The notes: generated by a model from the letters alone, not told the origin. Positions 27,065 through 37,876 are shown, counted from the stretch's first letter. The stretch is 64,000 nucleotides of DNA from an uncultured Nitrospiraceae bacterium (GCA_963727775.1 CAVSHB010000001.1:1216001-1280000); one strand, 5' to 3'. Numbers and translations are program-made.

Positions 27065-28389
27065 TCCCTCAGCCCTGTGAGTATGCCTTTCTTTCCGAGC
27101 GCTTCCTTGGCTTCTCCTATTGTATAAAAGGAACCGGTGACCACGATGAGTGAGTCCCTTTGTTTCATTGCCGTATTAAGGGCGTCTTTTACCGCCGGCT
27201 CGATTCTGTAATCATTGAAACCCAAAGATCCGGCGACATGCGCAAGCTGTTCAGGAGAAGCCGCCCGGCTATAAGCGGGAGAGGTAAGGATGATCTCTGA
27301 CGCCAGCGGCAATAACGGTCCCATTGTCCCATTTAAGTCTTTGTCGGCCATGATGCCGAGTATAAGTATAATCGTTTTATATTTTTTAAGGAAAACATTT
27401 TTCAATGCTGCGGAAAGCGCGGTTGCCGCAGCCGGGTTATGTGCGCCATCTACGACAACAGGAGGGTCTTCATGTATAAATTCAAGACGCCCGGGCCATT
27501 TGACATTGTTAAGGCCGTCCCTGATAAATTGATGAATCGTGTTTGATGAAATGTTATTACCCCTCTGCATCAGCAGAATCATTGCCGCCTTTATAGCAAC
27601 AGAGGCATTCTGCATTTGATGTTCACCTGTCAACGGCAGGAATAAATCTCTTATTACAGGCGCCCCGCCTTCATAATAGTCAAACCGGATTCCGGAGATA
27701 GTTACGTCATTAAGCGCAGAAGAAAAATCTTTGCCGCAGGAAAATAATTCGGCATTGCTCTCGCCTGTTTTTTTCTCTATTATTTGCATGACTTCGGAAG
27801 TTTGACGGGACATTACAACAGGGATATGCTCTTTTATGATGCCTGCTTTTTCATGTGCTATTTCTTTGAGTGTGTCTCCAAGGAAATCTTTGTGGTCATG
27901 GCTTATGCCTGTTATTACGGATACCTCCGGCATAATTATATTCGTAGCGTCAAGCCTGCCGCCCATCCCGACCTCTATTACCGCTATATCTATCTTCTTT
28001 CTTTTGAAATACAGCATTGCCATAGCAGTTACAACTTCGAAGAACGTAGGCGAAAAATCTTCAAAACCTGAAACAATTTCCCTGATCTCTCCGGCGAGGG
28101 TGACGACATCGCTTTCGGTGATCTCTGCGCCGTTGATCCTGATCCGCTCGGTGAAACTGATAAGATGGGGTGATGTGAAAAGGCCGACTCTGAACCCGGC
28201 GGATTTCAGAACAGATGCGATAATTGCAGACGTAGACCCTTTGCCGTTTGTGCCTGCAGCATGAACAGACAAAAAAGATTTGTGGGGGTCGCCCAAAGCG
28301 GACATGAGTCTGCTGATATTATCGAGCCCGAATTTTATGCCGTATTTCTGAAGGTTGAAGAGATACTGGACCGTATCGCCGTAACTCAT
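27061..28389 (-). CDS. folC: folylpolyglutamate synthase / dihydrofolate synthase
   Basis: [14 protein letters not shown]...[21 protein letters not shown] and DGAHN. Confidence 0.96.
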   Translation of the reverse strand: MSYGDTVQYLFNLQKYGIKFGLDNISRLMSALGDPHKSFLSVHAAGTNGKGSTSAIIASVLKSAGFRVGLFTSPHLISFTERIRINGAEITESDVVTLAGEIREIVSGFEDFSPTFFEVVTAMAMLYFKRKKIDIAVIEVGMGGRLDATNIIMPEVSVITGISHDHKDFLGDTLKEIAHEKAGIIKEHIPVVMSRQTSEVMQIIEKKTGESNAELFSCGKDFSSALNDVTISGIRFDYYEGGAPVIRDLFLPLTGEHQMQNASVAIKAAMILLMQRGNNISSNTIHQFIRDGLNNVKWPGRLEFIHEDPPVVVDGAHNPAAATALSAALKNVFLKKYKTIILILGIMADKDLNGTMGPLLPLASEIILTSPAYSRAASPEQLAHVAGSLGFNDYRIEPAVKDALNTAMKQRDSLIVVTGSFYTIGEAKEALGKKGILTGLRE

Positions 28390-29219
28390 GCGAGCATTTC
28401 AAATAGTCTTGCGAGCGTTTCCTTCAGGTTTTTTCTATCTACAACCATATCGATCATCCCGTGTTCGAGGAGGAAATCGGCCCTCTGGAAATCATCGGGC
28501 AGGGGTTGTTTTATGGTCTGTTCTATTACTCTCGGACCCGCAAAGCCGATAAGGCTTTTCGGTTCGGCAATGATGATATCGCCCAATGTGGCAAAACTTG
28601 CGGTGACGCCGCCGAAAGTCGGGTCGCACAAAACAGATATATAAAGAAACCCGCTGTCTTTCAGTCTGCCTATCGCGGCAGATACCTTTGCCATTTGCAT
28701 CAATGAGAAAATGCCTTCCTGCATCCTCGCCCCGCCTGATGACGAGACGGCAATAAGTGGCTGTTTTTTTTCAATGGCCCTTTCTGCAGCCCTGGAAACC
28801 TTTTCGCCTACAACAGAGCCCATGCTCCCGCCCATGAAAGAAAAGTCCATGATAATGATACTCACAGGCCGGCCTTTTATTAAGGCGTCGCCTGAAATCA
28901 CGGCTTCTTTAAGGCCGCTTTTTTTCTGGTTCTCCTTAATCCTCTCTTTGTAAGAGATAGAATCTTTAAAATGAAGTGGGTCGACGGACGCGAGGTTTCC
29001 ATCCATCTCCACAAAGCTTCCTTCATCAACCAAAAGTTTCATACGCTCGCGCGCGCTTATCCTGAAATGGTAATTACATTTGGGACATATCTTGAGGTTT
29101 TTCTCAATCTCTTTCTTGTATATTATTTCCTTGCACCCGTCGCACTTGACCCAAAGTCCTTCGGGAACTTTTCCCTTCTTGTCTGTTCTTATTTCTTTTG
29201 TCTTTTTAAACCATGCCAT
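28386..29219 (-). CDS. accD: acetyl-CoA carboxylase carboxyltransferase beta subunit
   Basis: GLWVKCDGC...CPKC zinc ribbon, [13 protein letters not shown] and SGGARMQEG. Confidence 0.97.
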   Translation of the reverse strand: MAWFKKTKEIRTDKKGKVPEGLWVKCDGCKEIIYKKEIEKNLKICPKCNYHFRISARERMKLLVDEGSFVEMDGNLASVDPLHFKDSISYKERIKENQKKSGLKEAVISGDALIKGRPVSIIIMDFSFMGGSMGSVVGEKVSRAAERAIEKKQPLIAVSSSGGARMQEGIFSLMQMAKVSAAIGRLKDSGFLYISVLCDPTFGGVTASFATLGDIIIAEPKSLIGFAGPRVIEQTIKQPLPDDFQRADFLLEHGMIDMVVDRKNLKETLARLFEMLA

Positions 29220-29246
29220 TTATCACAAGCCTCTCAAAGGGTGCGT

Positions 29247-30026
29247 TCACTTTATAGCTTCCCTCAGACCGACGAGATAATTTTTTAATTCTTCAGGGGA
29301 CTCATGCAGTCTTTTCACTATAGCGCTCCCGACGATAACGCCATCGGATATGCCGGCGACTGCCGATGCTTCCTCAGGGGTCGATACGCCGAACCCGACC
29401 GCAACCGGTTTGCCCGTATATCCCCTGATTTTTGCAACTGACATATCTATCGAGCCGTCGAGTGATATGTTTGTTCCTGTTATTCCCGTTATAGAAACAT
29501 AGTAGATAAAGCCGCTTGAAGCCCTTGATACTTTTTTTATTCGGTCCTTCGTAGAAGTCGGGGCGAGCAGGAATATAGTATTGAGTGCCTCCTTCTTTGA
29601 GAGGTGAATAAAATCTCCCGCTTCCTCAGGCGGCAGATCCGGGATAATGACGCCGTCAACTCCCGCATCTTTGGCGTCTTTGATAAAATTCTCTGTACCG
29701 TATTTAAATACAGGGTTGAAATAGGTCATAAGGACCAGGGGCACCTGCGTGAACTTTCTCATATCTTTGACCGTGGCAATGACGCTTCGTAAGGTTACGC
29801 CGTTTTTCAGTGCCCTTTCAGCTGCGCGCTGTATAGTAGGGCCGTCCGCCAATGGGTCTGAAAACGGCACGCCTAATTCGACAATATCGGCCCCGCATTC
29901 TTCGAACAAAAGCACGACCTCTTTGGTCTTTTCCAGTGATGGGTCTCCGGCCATAATATAAGGGATAAAAGCCTTTTTGCCTTTGCTCCTCAGTATCCTG
30001 AACGTCTTATCGATCCTGGTCAGCAT
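29247..30026 (-). CDS. trpA: tryptophan synthase alpha chain
   Basis: [24 protein letters not shown] and GVIVGSA. Confidence 0.97.
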   Translation of the reverse strand: MLTRIDKTFRILRSKGKKAFIPYIMAGDPSLEKTKEVVLLFEECGADIVELGVPFSDPLADGPTIQRAAERALKNGVTLRSVIATVKDMRKFTQVPLVLMTYFNPVFKYGTENFIKDAKDAGVDGVIIPDLPPEEAGDFIHLSKKEALNTIFLLAPTSTKDRIKKVSRASSGFIYYVSITGITGTNISLDGSIDMSVAKIRGYTGKPVAVGFGVSTPEEASAVAGISDGVIVGSAIVKRLHESPEELKNYLVGLREAIK

Positions 30027-31216
30027 ATCTCTATCCCTTTTATCCTCGCGACCTGCTGGACATCTTTATCGCCCCTGCCCGAGAGGTTGGCGATAATAAT
30101 TTTATCCGGGGAGAGTTTTGGCGCGACCTTTAACACTTCCGCAACTGCGTGAGCGGATTCGAGAGCGGGTATGATGCCTTCTGTTTCCGACAGTATATCG
30201 AACGCATGGAGCGCTTCCTTATCTGTCGCATATGTATATTCAATGCGGCCGTTGTCCCTGAGGAAAGGGTGTTCAGGACCTATGGACGCATAATCAAGTC
30301 CTGCCGATACGGAATGCGTCCCGAGGACATTTCCGTTCTCGTCCTGCAGGAGATAGCTCTTGCATCCCTGAAAAACGCCGACGGAGCCGCCCGCGAACCG
30401 CGCGGCATGTTCGCCGGTTTCTATCCCTCTTCCTCCAGCTTCAACCCCGGTCATCTTTACCTCATTGTCCTGCAGAAACTCATGAAAAAGGCCTATCGCA
30501 TTGCTTCCTCCGCCTACACAGGCGATCAGATGATCAGGCAATCTACCTTCGGCAGCGAGGATCTGTCTCCTTGCCTCCCTGCCTATGACCGACTGAAAAT
30601 TCCTTACCATAACAGGGAACGGATGCGGCCCGAATACAGTCCCCAGCACGTAATGCGTTGTACTTACATTTGTTGTCCAGTCCCGCAGGGCCTCATTGAT
30701 CGCGTCCTTCAACGTCCTTGATCCAATCGGCACCTCCACAACCTTTGCACCGAGGAGCTTCATCCTGAATACATTCAACGCCTGTCTATGCATATCTTCA
30801 GTGCCCATATAAATATCACATTTTAGACCTACCAACGCCGCGCCTGTCGCGGTAGCCACGCCGTGCTGCCCGGCGCCTGTTTCCGCAATTACCCTTTGTT
30901 TGCCTATTTTTTTTGCCAGCAATACCTGGCCTACGGCATTATTAATCTTGTGCGCTCCGGTATGCGCGAGGTCTTCTCTCTTTAAGTATATCTTCGCACC
31001 GCCGAGACGCGCTGTAAGACGTTTCGCGAAATACAGCGGCGTAGGCCTGCCTATATACGTCTTCTGGAGATGGGCGAGCTCTTTTTGAAAATCCGCGTCT
31101 TTCTTCAAAAGGAAAAAAGCATCTTCAAGCTCTTTAAGCGCGGGCATTAAGGTCTCGGGCACGAACCGCCCGCCGTAAATACCAAAATAACCTTTGCTGT
31201 CGGGTAATTTTTTAAT
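30020..31216 (-). CDS. trpB: tryptophan synthase beta chain (apparent ATT start at 31216)
   Basis: [23 protein letters not shown] and [11 protein letters not shown]; the conserved N-terminal [18 protein letters not shown] extends upstream of the called ORF to an ATT 5 nt after GGAGG. Confidence 0.95.
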   Translation of the reverse strand: MKKLPDSKGYFGIYGGRFVPETLMPALKELEDAFFLLKKDADFQKELAHLQKTYIGRPTPLYFAKRLTARLGGAKIYLKREDLAHTGAHKINNAVGQVLLAKKIGKQRVIAETGAGQHGVATATGAALVGLKCDIYMGTEDMHRQALNVFRMKLLGAKVVEVPIGSRTLKDAINEALRDWTTNVSTTHYVLGTVFGPHPFPVMVRNFQSVIGREARRQILAAEGRLPDHLIACVGGGSNAIGLFHEFLQDNEVKMTGVEAGGRGIETGEHAARFAGGSVGVFQGCKSYLLQDENGNVLGTHSVSAGLDYASIGPEHPFLRDNGRIEYTYATDKEALHAFDILSETEGIIPALESAHAVAEVLKVAPKLSPDKIIIANLSGRGDKDVQQVARIKGIEIC

Positions 31217-31651
31217 AGCGTCCTCCCAGGCATGAAGTATTTATTTTAAGTGCATATTATAGCTTATAACAGAGAAATATTTACACAATTTCGCCCGTGC
31301 TTGTGAACAGAATCACGATGGTTTTAAACAATCAGCGGCCCTTCCTGATCTATCGACGCCTTGGCCCCGATATGTTCGACGCGATGATGCCAATTGGAAC
31401 CAAGATAATAAAATCTCGCAAAACAAATATGTAATAAAGACTACGTCAAATAGGCCATCATTCAACTGTGGAAAAAGATTCTTTATAAGTATTTTCAATG
31501 AGATTTATTCTCCTGTATTTTTACTTTATCAAACTTCCCCTACAAAAAAAGTCAAACCTCCCTTACAGACTTTTGCAGAAGAAAAGAGTTAATATTGGGA
31601 GTAGAAACAAAACCGGCTTGTCTATAAATATTAATAAAATTAGGATTCTAA

Positions 31652-32383
31652 ATGAAAAAAGAAACAAAAAGGTTATCATTTCTTCTATTATTGTTATTCT
31701 TGCTTTTTGCGATGTCAGGCATATCGGAGGCGGATTTTGAAGGTACTATCGGAACGAGGTTTACCATAACAGACTCCGGGTTCGGAACAAAAAAACCTCA
31801 GGTGTATATTCAATATGAGAAAAAACCCGGAGTGGTCAAAAAGGTATACGCCAAAGTGGAAAAATGGAGCGGCACCTCGATTCCCTGTCTTTGGACGGAA
31901 ACCCTTTATGCCAGGACTTACAACCTATTTGTAAAGCCCAATATGGCAAAAGCCAATCCTATTGCTGAAGGTACATTCACAATCATGTCACCTTCCATTG
32001 ATGAAGTTACTCCTGACACTCTAATACCAGGGTCAACGATAACAATAAACGGAGAATTCTTCACAAACAAGAAACCGACTGTCTATCTTGTAGACCTTGT
32101 GTCTCTAAAAAGGAAGAGTTGCAGGGTTGTAAAACCCGCTATGGATCCGACAACAGGAGCAAGCTCGTTAAATTTCATTGTACCTAAATGGGGATCGGGC
32201 AAGTATGAGATCATTTTACAAACGTTGATTGGCAATGCGTCAAGTAATCTTTTACTTGCTAACTGGCACTGGCGGAATCCATTGCCGCAAGGCAATACAC
32301 TTAACTGCGTGAGCTATGGCAATGGCACCTTTGTGGCTGTGGGGGAGTTTGGCGGCCCCATTATCCAATCAGACCCTCTGTAG
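31652..32383 (+). CDS. secreted IPT/TIG-domain protein ending in a single beta-propeller-type repeat (possibly internally deleted)
   Basis: Signal peptide; PSIDEVTPDTLIPGSTITINGEFF; C-terminal WHWRNPLPQGNTLNCVSYGNGTFVAVG. Confidence 0.65.
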   Translation: MKKETKRLSFLLLLLFLLFAMSGISEADFEGTIGTRFTITDSGFGTKKPQVYIQYEKKPGVVKKVYAKVEKWSGTSIPCLWTETLYARTYNLFVKPNMAKANPIAEGTFTIMSPSIDEVTPDTLIPGSTITINGEFFTNKKPTVYLVDLVSLKRKSCRVVKPAMDPTTGASSLNFIVPKWGSGKYEIILQTLIGNASSNLLLANWHWRNPLPQGNTLNCVSYGNGTFVAVGEFGGPIIQSDPL

Positions 32384-32593
32384 TAATTGCATATAGTATT
32401 CACTGAAGCTTTATGTTTGTGCTCGTTACCACCGCGCAGCGGTTTAGTTATACTAATGAAAATCATCATTTTTCATTATATGTTCGCCACGCGTGTTTGC
32501 AGGTGCAGTCGAGAAGCAAATCAATAGTTCTTAGAGTGGTTGCCTACAAATCTGTCTTTACAAAAGCAATCGGATAGGAGAGCTACGCCGACG

Positions 32594-33955
32594 CTATTTC
32601 ATAATTCTCGGCTTGATCTCCCGAATGAAGAAGGCGATTGCCTCAGTGACAGGTCTGGACTTCGGTTCCCGTACTAGGGAAAGAGGTATCTGAGCGCTCC
32701 ACCGTGCTATACCTGTTAACCCAAAAAGCACTTGTTCAGGTTCCAGATGAATACTGCCGATGTCAAGATGCTGCGGAAGGAAGAAACCTGAAACAAGCAT
32801 GGTCGTCATCATCGCAAAACCTGAAAATGCGCCGGATACTCCGGAGTAAAGCTGCCTTCTCTCGTTTGGAGCTATTGAAAGAACAAAGTTCGTCGCGACT
32901 AATCCGGCTCCTGCCCACATAATCCCTGATGTGATCGCCTCCAGGTACACAACTTGATAGCTGTGAGGAGTTACAAAGAGCCACACCATGGGGTTGAACC
33001 CCCCCAGCATGATGATAAGACGCATAGCGGTCCTGTTACCGCAGGCATCGATAAGCCTTCCCCACAGACGCAAGACCAGTATGGCTGCTGCAATATTTAT
33101 GCTGCTGTAAATCTGGACCTCAAAAAGCGACATGTGGAGTTTCTGCAACATAAATGGTTGCCAGAAAGGAGCACCTATTCCAACTGCCAGCATCCACCAG
33201 CAGTTGTAAAGGAGAAATCTTCGGAAGTTGCTGTCCCTCATGGGAAGGAAGAACATCCCTGCGGCGCTTTCTTCCTCGATCTTCTTTTCCTTCTCCGGCA
33301 ATCGTGAAAGAACACCCAGCCCGAAGAAGGCGGCAACAACAGCTATAAAAAAAATAATCGCAAAACCGAGAGGCAAATTTTCTGCCCTAAAAAAGGCAGC
33401 TGCCTGTGCATTGATGTCCTGTATGCCTGCTGAACTGAAGTGATCAATGAAGAGACTAAATCCCACCCCCACTCCGACAGCGGTGAGCATCACATACCGC
33501 GAGAGTGTCGAGAAAAAGCGTCCCCTAACAGTTAACGGTACAACGTCCGTTATCCATCCAATCCACGCGTTGCTTGCGATCGACAGCAGGGAAACGCTGA
33601 GAAAAAAGAGGAGGAGTAAAGCGTGAATCGCATTACCGGTGGAAAAAACAAATGGTAGTATTCCGAAGCACAGTACGATACCGCAACCGATGAACTGGAG
33701 GGTAAGCACGACACCCTTTCTTTTTGTTCGCCTTTGCGTTACGAAGACACCGAGGGGCTGAAATATCTGGGAAACCTGTCCTATTGCGGAGAGGATGGCG
33801 AAGTGAAGGGGTGTGGCATTCAGCATAATGGCGAACTTCGTCAGAAATGCCGACCCCGATCCAGAGAGTGTACTAAAAATCTGCCCGAAAATTCCCGACG
33901 TCACAGAGATCCGAAAGATCTTCCTAAGCCCCCTGTCTTTTTTTTGCCTTGTCAT
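32594..33955 (-). CDS. MFS transporter
   Basis: About 12 hydrophobic segments; WITDVVP..RGRFFS and WGRLIDACGNR loop motifs. Confidence 0.85.
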   Translation of the reverse strand: MTRQKKDRGLRKIFRISVTSGIFGQIFSTLSGSGSAFLTKFAIMLNATPLHFAILSAIGQVSQIFQPLGVFVTQRRTKRKGVVLTLQFIGCGIVLCFGILPFVFSTGNAIHALLLLFFLSVSLLSIASNAWIGWITDVVPLTVRGRFFSTLSRYVMLTAVGVGVGFSLFIDHFSSAGIQDINAQAAAFFRAENLPLGFAIIFFIAVVAAFFGLGVLSRLPEKEKKIEEESAAGMFFLPMRDSNFRRFLLYNCWWMLAVGIGAPFWQPFMLQKLHMSLFEVQIYSSINIAAAILVLRLWGRLIDACGNRTAMRLIIMLGGFNPMVWLFVTPHSYQVVYLEAITSGIMWAGAGLVATNFVLSIAPNERRQLYSGVSGAFSGFAMMTTMLVSGFFLPQHLDIGSIHLEPEQVLFGLTGIARWSAQIPLSLVREPKSRPVTEAIAFFIREIKPRIMK

Positions 33956-34188
33956 TAAGTATGCCTTTTCTGGGCGAGAGCCCTAATCATTCTTCTTATT
34001 ATAGAATTATTGATCGGCAGTAGAAGTCATACTTCTTGATAGGTATGCAGGGCGCTTATTCGAACTATGTATTCCATGAAACATTATTCGCGGCGGAACT
34101 CGGATACGGCGAGTTCAGTGGAACCCTCTAAATGCTCCTCTCGATTATATCATTTGGTATTTAGGTTTTCTTCATCCACTTGTATTTT

Positions 34189-34376
34189 TCAGGTCAGATT
34201 CCTGATAAACCGCTCAACATCTTTTTTGTTGAGAATTCGCAAAACTATAGCGCGATTGCCTTCAATCATATAGAACACCCGGTACTTGTCCACCCTGAGC
34301 CTGTAATAATCTGAATTTGTTCCTTTGATCTTTTTGATTGCTTTTCCTCCGGGAAAAGGGTTGTCCCTGAGTGCCT
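34189..34376 (-). pseudogene. truncated RelE/ParE-family toxin (C-terminal part only)
   Basis: Minus-strand frame ALRDNPFPGGKAIKKIKGTNSDYYRLRVDKYRVFYMIEGNRAIVLRILNKKDVERFIRNLT*; no start codon before the upstream in-frame stop; no antitoxin. Confidence 0.7.
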
Positions 34377-34380
34377 GTGT

Positions 34381-34409
34381 TTGACATAGTAAAGAGTTAA
34401 TTTTATACT
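34381..34409 (+). promoter_or_regulatory. sigma70-type promoter (probably leaderless transcript)
   Basis: TTGACA (34381-86), 17-bp spacer, TATACT (34404-09); GTG start at 34416 with no RBS. Confidence 0.7.
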
Positions 34410-34415
34410 TATTTT

Positions 34416-34838
34416 GTGTTTAAGATCGCTTTGATTGATGGTCAGGGGGGCGGTATCGGGAGCCTGATTGTAAAGGGGCTGAGGGAAGTATTCGGAGATG
34501 AGATCGAAATACTCGCGCTCGGCACTAATGCGGCTGCGACATCGTCTATGATGAAGTCGAGGGCGAACAAAGGGGCAACGGGGGAGAACGCAATTGTATG
34601 GAACGCGAACAGGGTCCATATGATTATAGGACCTCTGAGTATTGTATTGCCCAATGCGATGCTCGGGGAAATAACACCGAAGATGGCGGAGGCGATTGCG
34701 TCGTCCGGCGCAAAGAAAATTCTTCTCGCTCTTAATCAGGAGGGGATAGAGGTCATAGGAGTTGAGAAAGAGCCGTTGCCGCATATGATAGAGAAGATCA
34801 TTGAGACTGTGAGGCGGGAGTCAGGAAAGGAGAAGTAA
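34416..34838 (+). CDS. DUF3842 family protein
   Basis: IALIDGQGGGIG, ALGTNAAAT..M, GATGENA and PNAMLGEITPKMAEAIASS. Confidence 0.85.
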   Translation: MFKIALIDGQGGGIGSLIVKGLREVFGDEIEILALGTNAAATSSMMKSRANKGATGENAIVWNANRVHMIIGPLSIVLPNAMLGEITPKMAEAIASSGAKKILLALNQEGIEVIGVEKEPLPHMIEKIIETVRRESGKEK

Positions 34839-34839
34839 T

Positions 34840-35028
34840 ATGTGTGAAGCAAATGCCTATATCTACAAGGATGGAAAAGAAGACCTTTATCTGGAGAGTG
34901 TAGATATCATGAGGCCGGAGGAGGGGAAGATCTTTCTCCGGAATCTTTTTGGAGAGCAGAAAGTTTTTGACGGGGAGATCAGGGAAATATCTCTCCTGCA
35001 GCATAAGATCGTCCTGGAAAAGAAATAG
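34840..35028 (+). CDS. cooT: CooT-family nickel-binding protein
   Basis: MCEANAY start (Cys2), LESVD, NLFGEQK and LLQHKIVL; 62 aa; RBS AAGGAG. Confidence 0.8.
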   Translation: MCEANAYIYKDGKEDLYLESVDIMRPEEGKIFLRNLFGEQKVFDGEIREISLLQHKIVLEKK

Positions 35029-35067
35029 GAGAATGAGCGCTGTGCAAGGTATTCTGCAGGTTTAACC

Positions 35068-35739
35068 GTGGACGGTTCTGTTTCTAAAAATATTACCTGC
35101 TGCCGGCGATGCGGCACATGCTGCCTGAAAGGCGGCCCTGTATTGCACCATGAAGACAAAAAAATCCTCCTCGACGGACACGCGGGGCATCAGCACCTGA
35201 TAACCATCAGGAAAGGGGAATTGGTATTTAATCCTGTCAGGGGCAGACTGGAACACGTCCAGCGCGAGCTTGTCAAAGTAAAAGGGAAGAAAGAAGACTG
35301 GTCATGTTACTTTTATGATGAAAAAGAAAACTCGTGCGGGATTTATGAGCACCGCTTCCTTGAATGCCGCCTTCTGAAATGCTGGGACACGGCTGATATA
35401 ATGTCCGTCATCGGCAAAGATATGATCGTCCGCGCCGACATCGTTAACCCTGAGGACCCGATTATGAGTGTTATTGATATCCACGAGAAAGAATGTCCTT
35501 TTCAGGAAATAGAAAGTCTGGTCTCGGCTTTGTCTCGCGGGACCGATAAACAAAAAACCATTGCGAGTCTGACCGAGCTTGTCAAGAAAGACCTGTCTAT
35601 CCGGTCCTGCACGCTGTCTGAATTGGGGCTGAAGGATGAATTTGAGTCTTTCATTTTCGGTCGCCCTGTTCATGAAATTCTCGAGACCCACGGACTGTCT
35701 ATACGTCATAATCAGGCGGATTTACAGAGAGCAGGGTAA
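35068..35739 (+). CDS. YkgJ-family cysteine-cluster (Zn/Fe-S) protein
   Basis: CRRCGTCC, CYFY...CGIYEHRFLECRLLKC. Confidence 0.85.
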   Translation: MDGSVSKNITCCRRCGTCCLKGGPVLHHEDKKILLDGHAGHQHLITIRKGELVFNPVRGRLEHVQRELVKVKGKKEDWSCYFYDEKENSCGIYEHRFLECRLLKCWDTADIMSVIGKDMIVRADIVNPEDPIMSVIDIHEKECPFQEIESLVSALSRGTDKQKTIASLTELVKKDLSIRSCTLSELGLKDEFESFIFGRPVHEILETHGLSIRHNQADLQRAG

Positions 35740-35836
35740 TGCATCTCCGCTGTTACATAAATCCTTTTTTTTCTTCCGGATTTTCATAAAATAAGATTGA
35801 AACAAAAAAGATGCAGAAATAATCGGAGAAGCGTGA

Positions 35837-36244
35837 ATGGACCGGAAGGCAAAACGTGTTGTTTGTGCAGGGACCTTTGATTATCTTCATCCAGGACATA
35901 TTGATTTTCTCAAACAGGCGAAGTCCTTAGGTGATGAACTTATAGTCATTGTAGCGAGAGATGAGAACGTTGAGAAGATTAAGGGTATTAAGCCTGAGCA
36001 CGAGGATTACCGGAGATTGAATCTTGAAAAAACCGGTATCCCTGATAAGGTCGTACTCGGCAATCTGGGACAATATCCTCTCTCTATACTCAATGAGCTT
36101 TTGCCCGACATAGTTGCGCTCGGGTATGACCAGAGGGTATCCGAAGATGACATAAAGGCGATATTGCCTGAATGCATAGTCGTTCGCCTGAAGCCGTTTC
36201 ATCCCGATTTGTTTAAATCTTCGCTCTACCGGTCCGGTAAATGA
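35837..36244 (+). CDS. cytidyltransferase-family protein, probable monofunctional FAD synthetase (RibL-like)
   Basis: GTFDYLHPGH, LIVIVARD and PDIVALGYDQ. Confidence 0.75.
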   Translation: MDRKAKRVVCAGTFDYLHPGHIDFLKQAKSLGDELIVIVARDENVEKIKGIKPEHEDYRRLNLEKTGIPDKVVLGNLGQYPLSILNELLPDIVALGYDQRVSEDDIKAILPECIVVRLKPFHPDLFKSSLYRSGK

Positions 36245-36279
36245 CAAGTATCAAATTGTTCATATAAATAGGAGGCCTG

Positions 36280-36870
36280 ATGGCAAAAGTAAAGAGCGCT
36301 CTTGAGATCGCCCTGGAAAAAGCAGGAAAGATCGGCGGATTGTCGGAGGAAGAAAAGGAAAAAATCAAAGAGGAAGAGAAAGTGATATCCATCCTCAAAG
36401 AATTCTATCAGGGAAGGCTCGATTCAAACGGCCTATGGGAGAGATTAAAAGGGAGCAAACCCTCTTTGTTGAGGAAGGTCCAGATGAACTTAATCGATTC
36501 TCTCGGTCTGGGGAATGCGCATGAAGAGTTAATTATGAAAAAGACGGGCATTCTGGCTGTAGAAACACTGAAAAAGGACCCGAATACGGCAGTGATCGAA
36601 TCCGGACTGAATTCAATTGAAGAGCTGCAAAGAGATTACGAAGAAACAAAGGAACGAATTATCGAAGATTTAAAGAAGCAGATAGAAATAAACCCGCAGT
36701 TGAGAATGCAGCCGGTAAGAATGCCCGATGGAAAAACGGCAATGCAAATGAAAGTATCTGTTGACGAAGCGGTAAAAGCCAGATTGTCGGATTACCTTTC
36801 GGAACACGAAGAGCAATACAGCGGGGAATTTGCCGGGATCATCGAAGAATTAAAAGAGCATATGCAATAA
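36280..36870 (+). CDS. hypothetical helical protein
   Basis: RBS GGAGG; MAKVKSALEIALEK start; 196-aa ORF. Confidence 0.75.
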   Translation: MAKVKSALEIALEKAGKIGGLSEEEKEKIKEEEKVISILKEFYQGRLDSNGLWERLKGSKPSLLRKVQMNLIDSLGLGNAHEELIMKKTGILAVETLKKDPNTAVIESGLNSIEELQRDYEETKERIIEDLKKQIEINPQLRMQPVRMPDGKTAMQMKVSVDEAVKARLSDYLSEHEEQYSGEFAGIIEELKEHMQ

Positions 36871-36943
36871 TATATTCTGAAATATAGAAAAGCGTCCTGA
36901 TATGAAGTAGAATGATATTCATAATATGCCAGGAGGGAAACAT

Positions 36944-37876
36944 ATGGTGGGTAAAAAGGTTAGCCAGGTTCTTTTCATAGTATTATTTATTTCAGCCGCA
37001 TTCTTTCTCATAGCTCAAACCCGTTCATTTGGTGAAATGAGCGGTATGCAGGACCATCAGCATCATGCCGGCGACAGTATGTATAAGCATGCAAATGCAA
37101 CAGCAGAAGCGGCTGTTGAACTTAAGACAGAGCCCATAAGCATAAAGGCAGGTAATCCCGCAACTTTGCTGGTAACTATCAAAGATCGCGAAGGAAAGCC
37201 GATGCAGGAACTTTTCGTCCATCACGACCGCATCTTGCATGTGGTAATTGCGAGTCAGGACTTCAGTGTATTTGCCCACATCCATCCGGAAGATTTCGGG
37301 ATAATAACCCCGGATATGAAAAAGGCCGCAAGATATCCTGTGCGCTTTACCTTTCCAAAATCCGGGCGTTATATAATCGGAGTTGATTTTGCCGCCAAGG
37401 ACCAACTTTTTTCGAAGCATTTTGTGTTGGATGTCGCGGGTGGACCTGCCTTAAGACATTTGGCGAAGGACTTCTCAAGGGAAAAGGAAATCGGGGACAT
37501 AGACGTGACTTTATCTTTTGCGCCTGAAGGGATTAAGGCCGGGAAAGAAGTGACGCTCAATTATATGTTCAGAAAAAAAGGGAGACCTGTTAACGACCTT
37601 GAGCCCTATCTTTCAGCGCCCATGCATCTTGCGATAATCTCGTCCGATCTGAGCCATTTCATGCATACGCACGGTGAAGTGTCTGATATGTCCGGTATGC
37701 CGGGTATGAGGCACGAAGCTCATCACATGGAGATGGATATGACAGTCCCTGAAAAGTTCGGTCCCAAGATTGAGGTGCATACTGTTTTTCCGGCTAAAGG
37801 TCTGTATCAGATATTCGGCCAGGTGCAACACCATGGCAAGGTAATTCTCACAAGCTTTATGGTCCAGGTTGATTAA
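36944..37876 (+). CDS. secreted His/Met-rich metal-binding protein with two repeated domains
   Basis: Signal peptide, MSGMQDHQHH, repeated LH.VI.S.D.S.F.H.H units and FP..G.Y motifs; RBS GGAGG. Confidence 0.8.
   Translation: MVGKKVSQVLFIVLFISAAFFLIAQTRSFGEMSGMQDHQHHAGDSMYKHANATAEAAVELKTEPISIKAGNPATLLVTIKDREGKPMQELFVHHDRILHVVIASQDFSVFAHIHPEDFGIITPDMKKAARYPVRFTFPKSGRYIIGVDFAAKDQLFSKHFVLDVAGGPALRHLAKDFSREKEIGDIDVTLSFAPEGIKAGKEVTLNYMFRKKGRPVNDLEPYLSAPMHLAIISSDLSHFMHTHGEVSDMSGMPGMRHEAHHMEMDMTVPEKFGPKIEVHTVFPAKGLYQIFGQVQHHGKVILTSFMVQVD

Noticed and set aside
32393..32460. Weak inverted repeat TAGTATTCACTGAA / TTTAGTTATACTA
   Set aside because: Too short and mismatched to call a MITE
34266..34784. 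172-aa minus-strand ORF
   Set aside because: Antisense shadow of the DUF3842 gene; the real minus-strand signal is the RelE fragment in another frame
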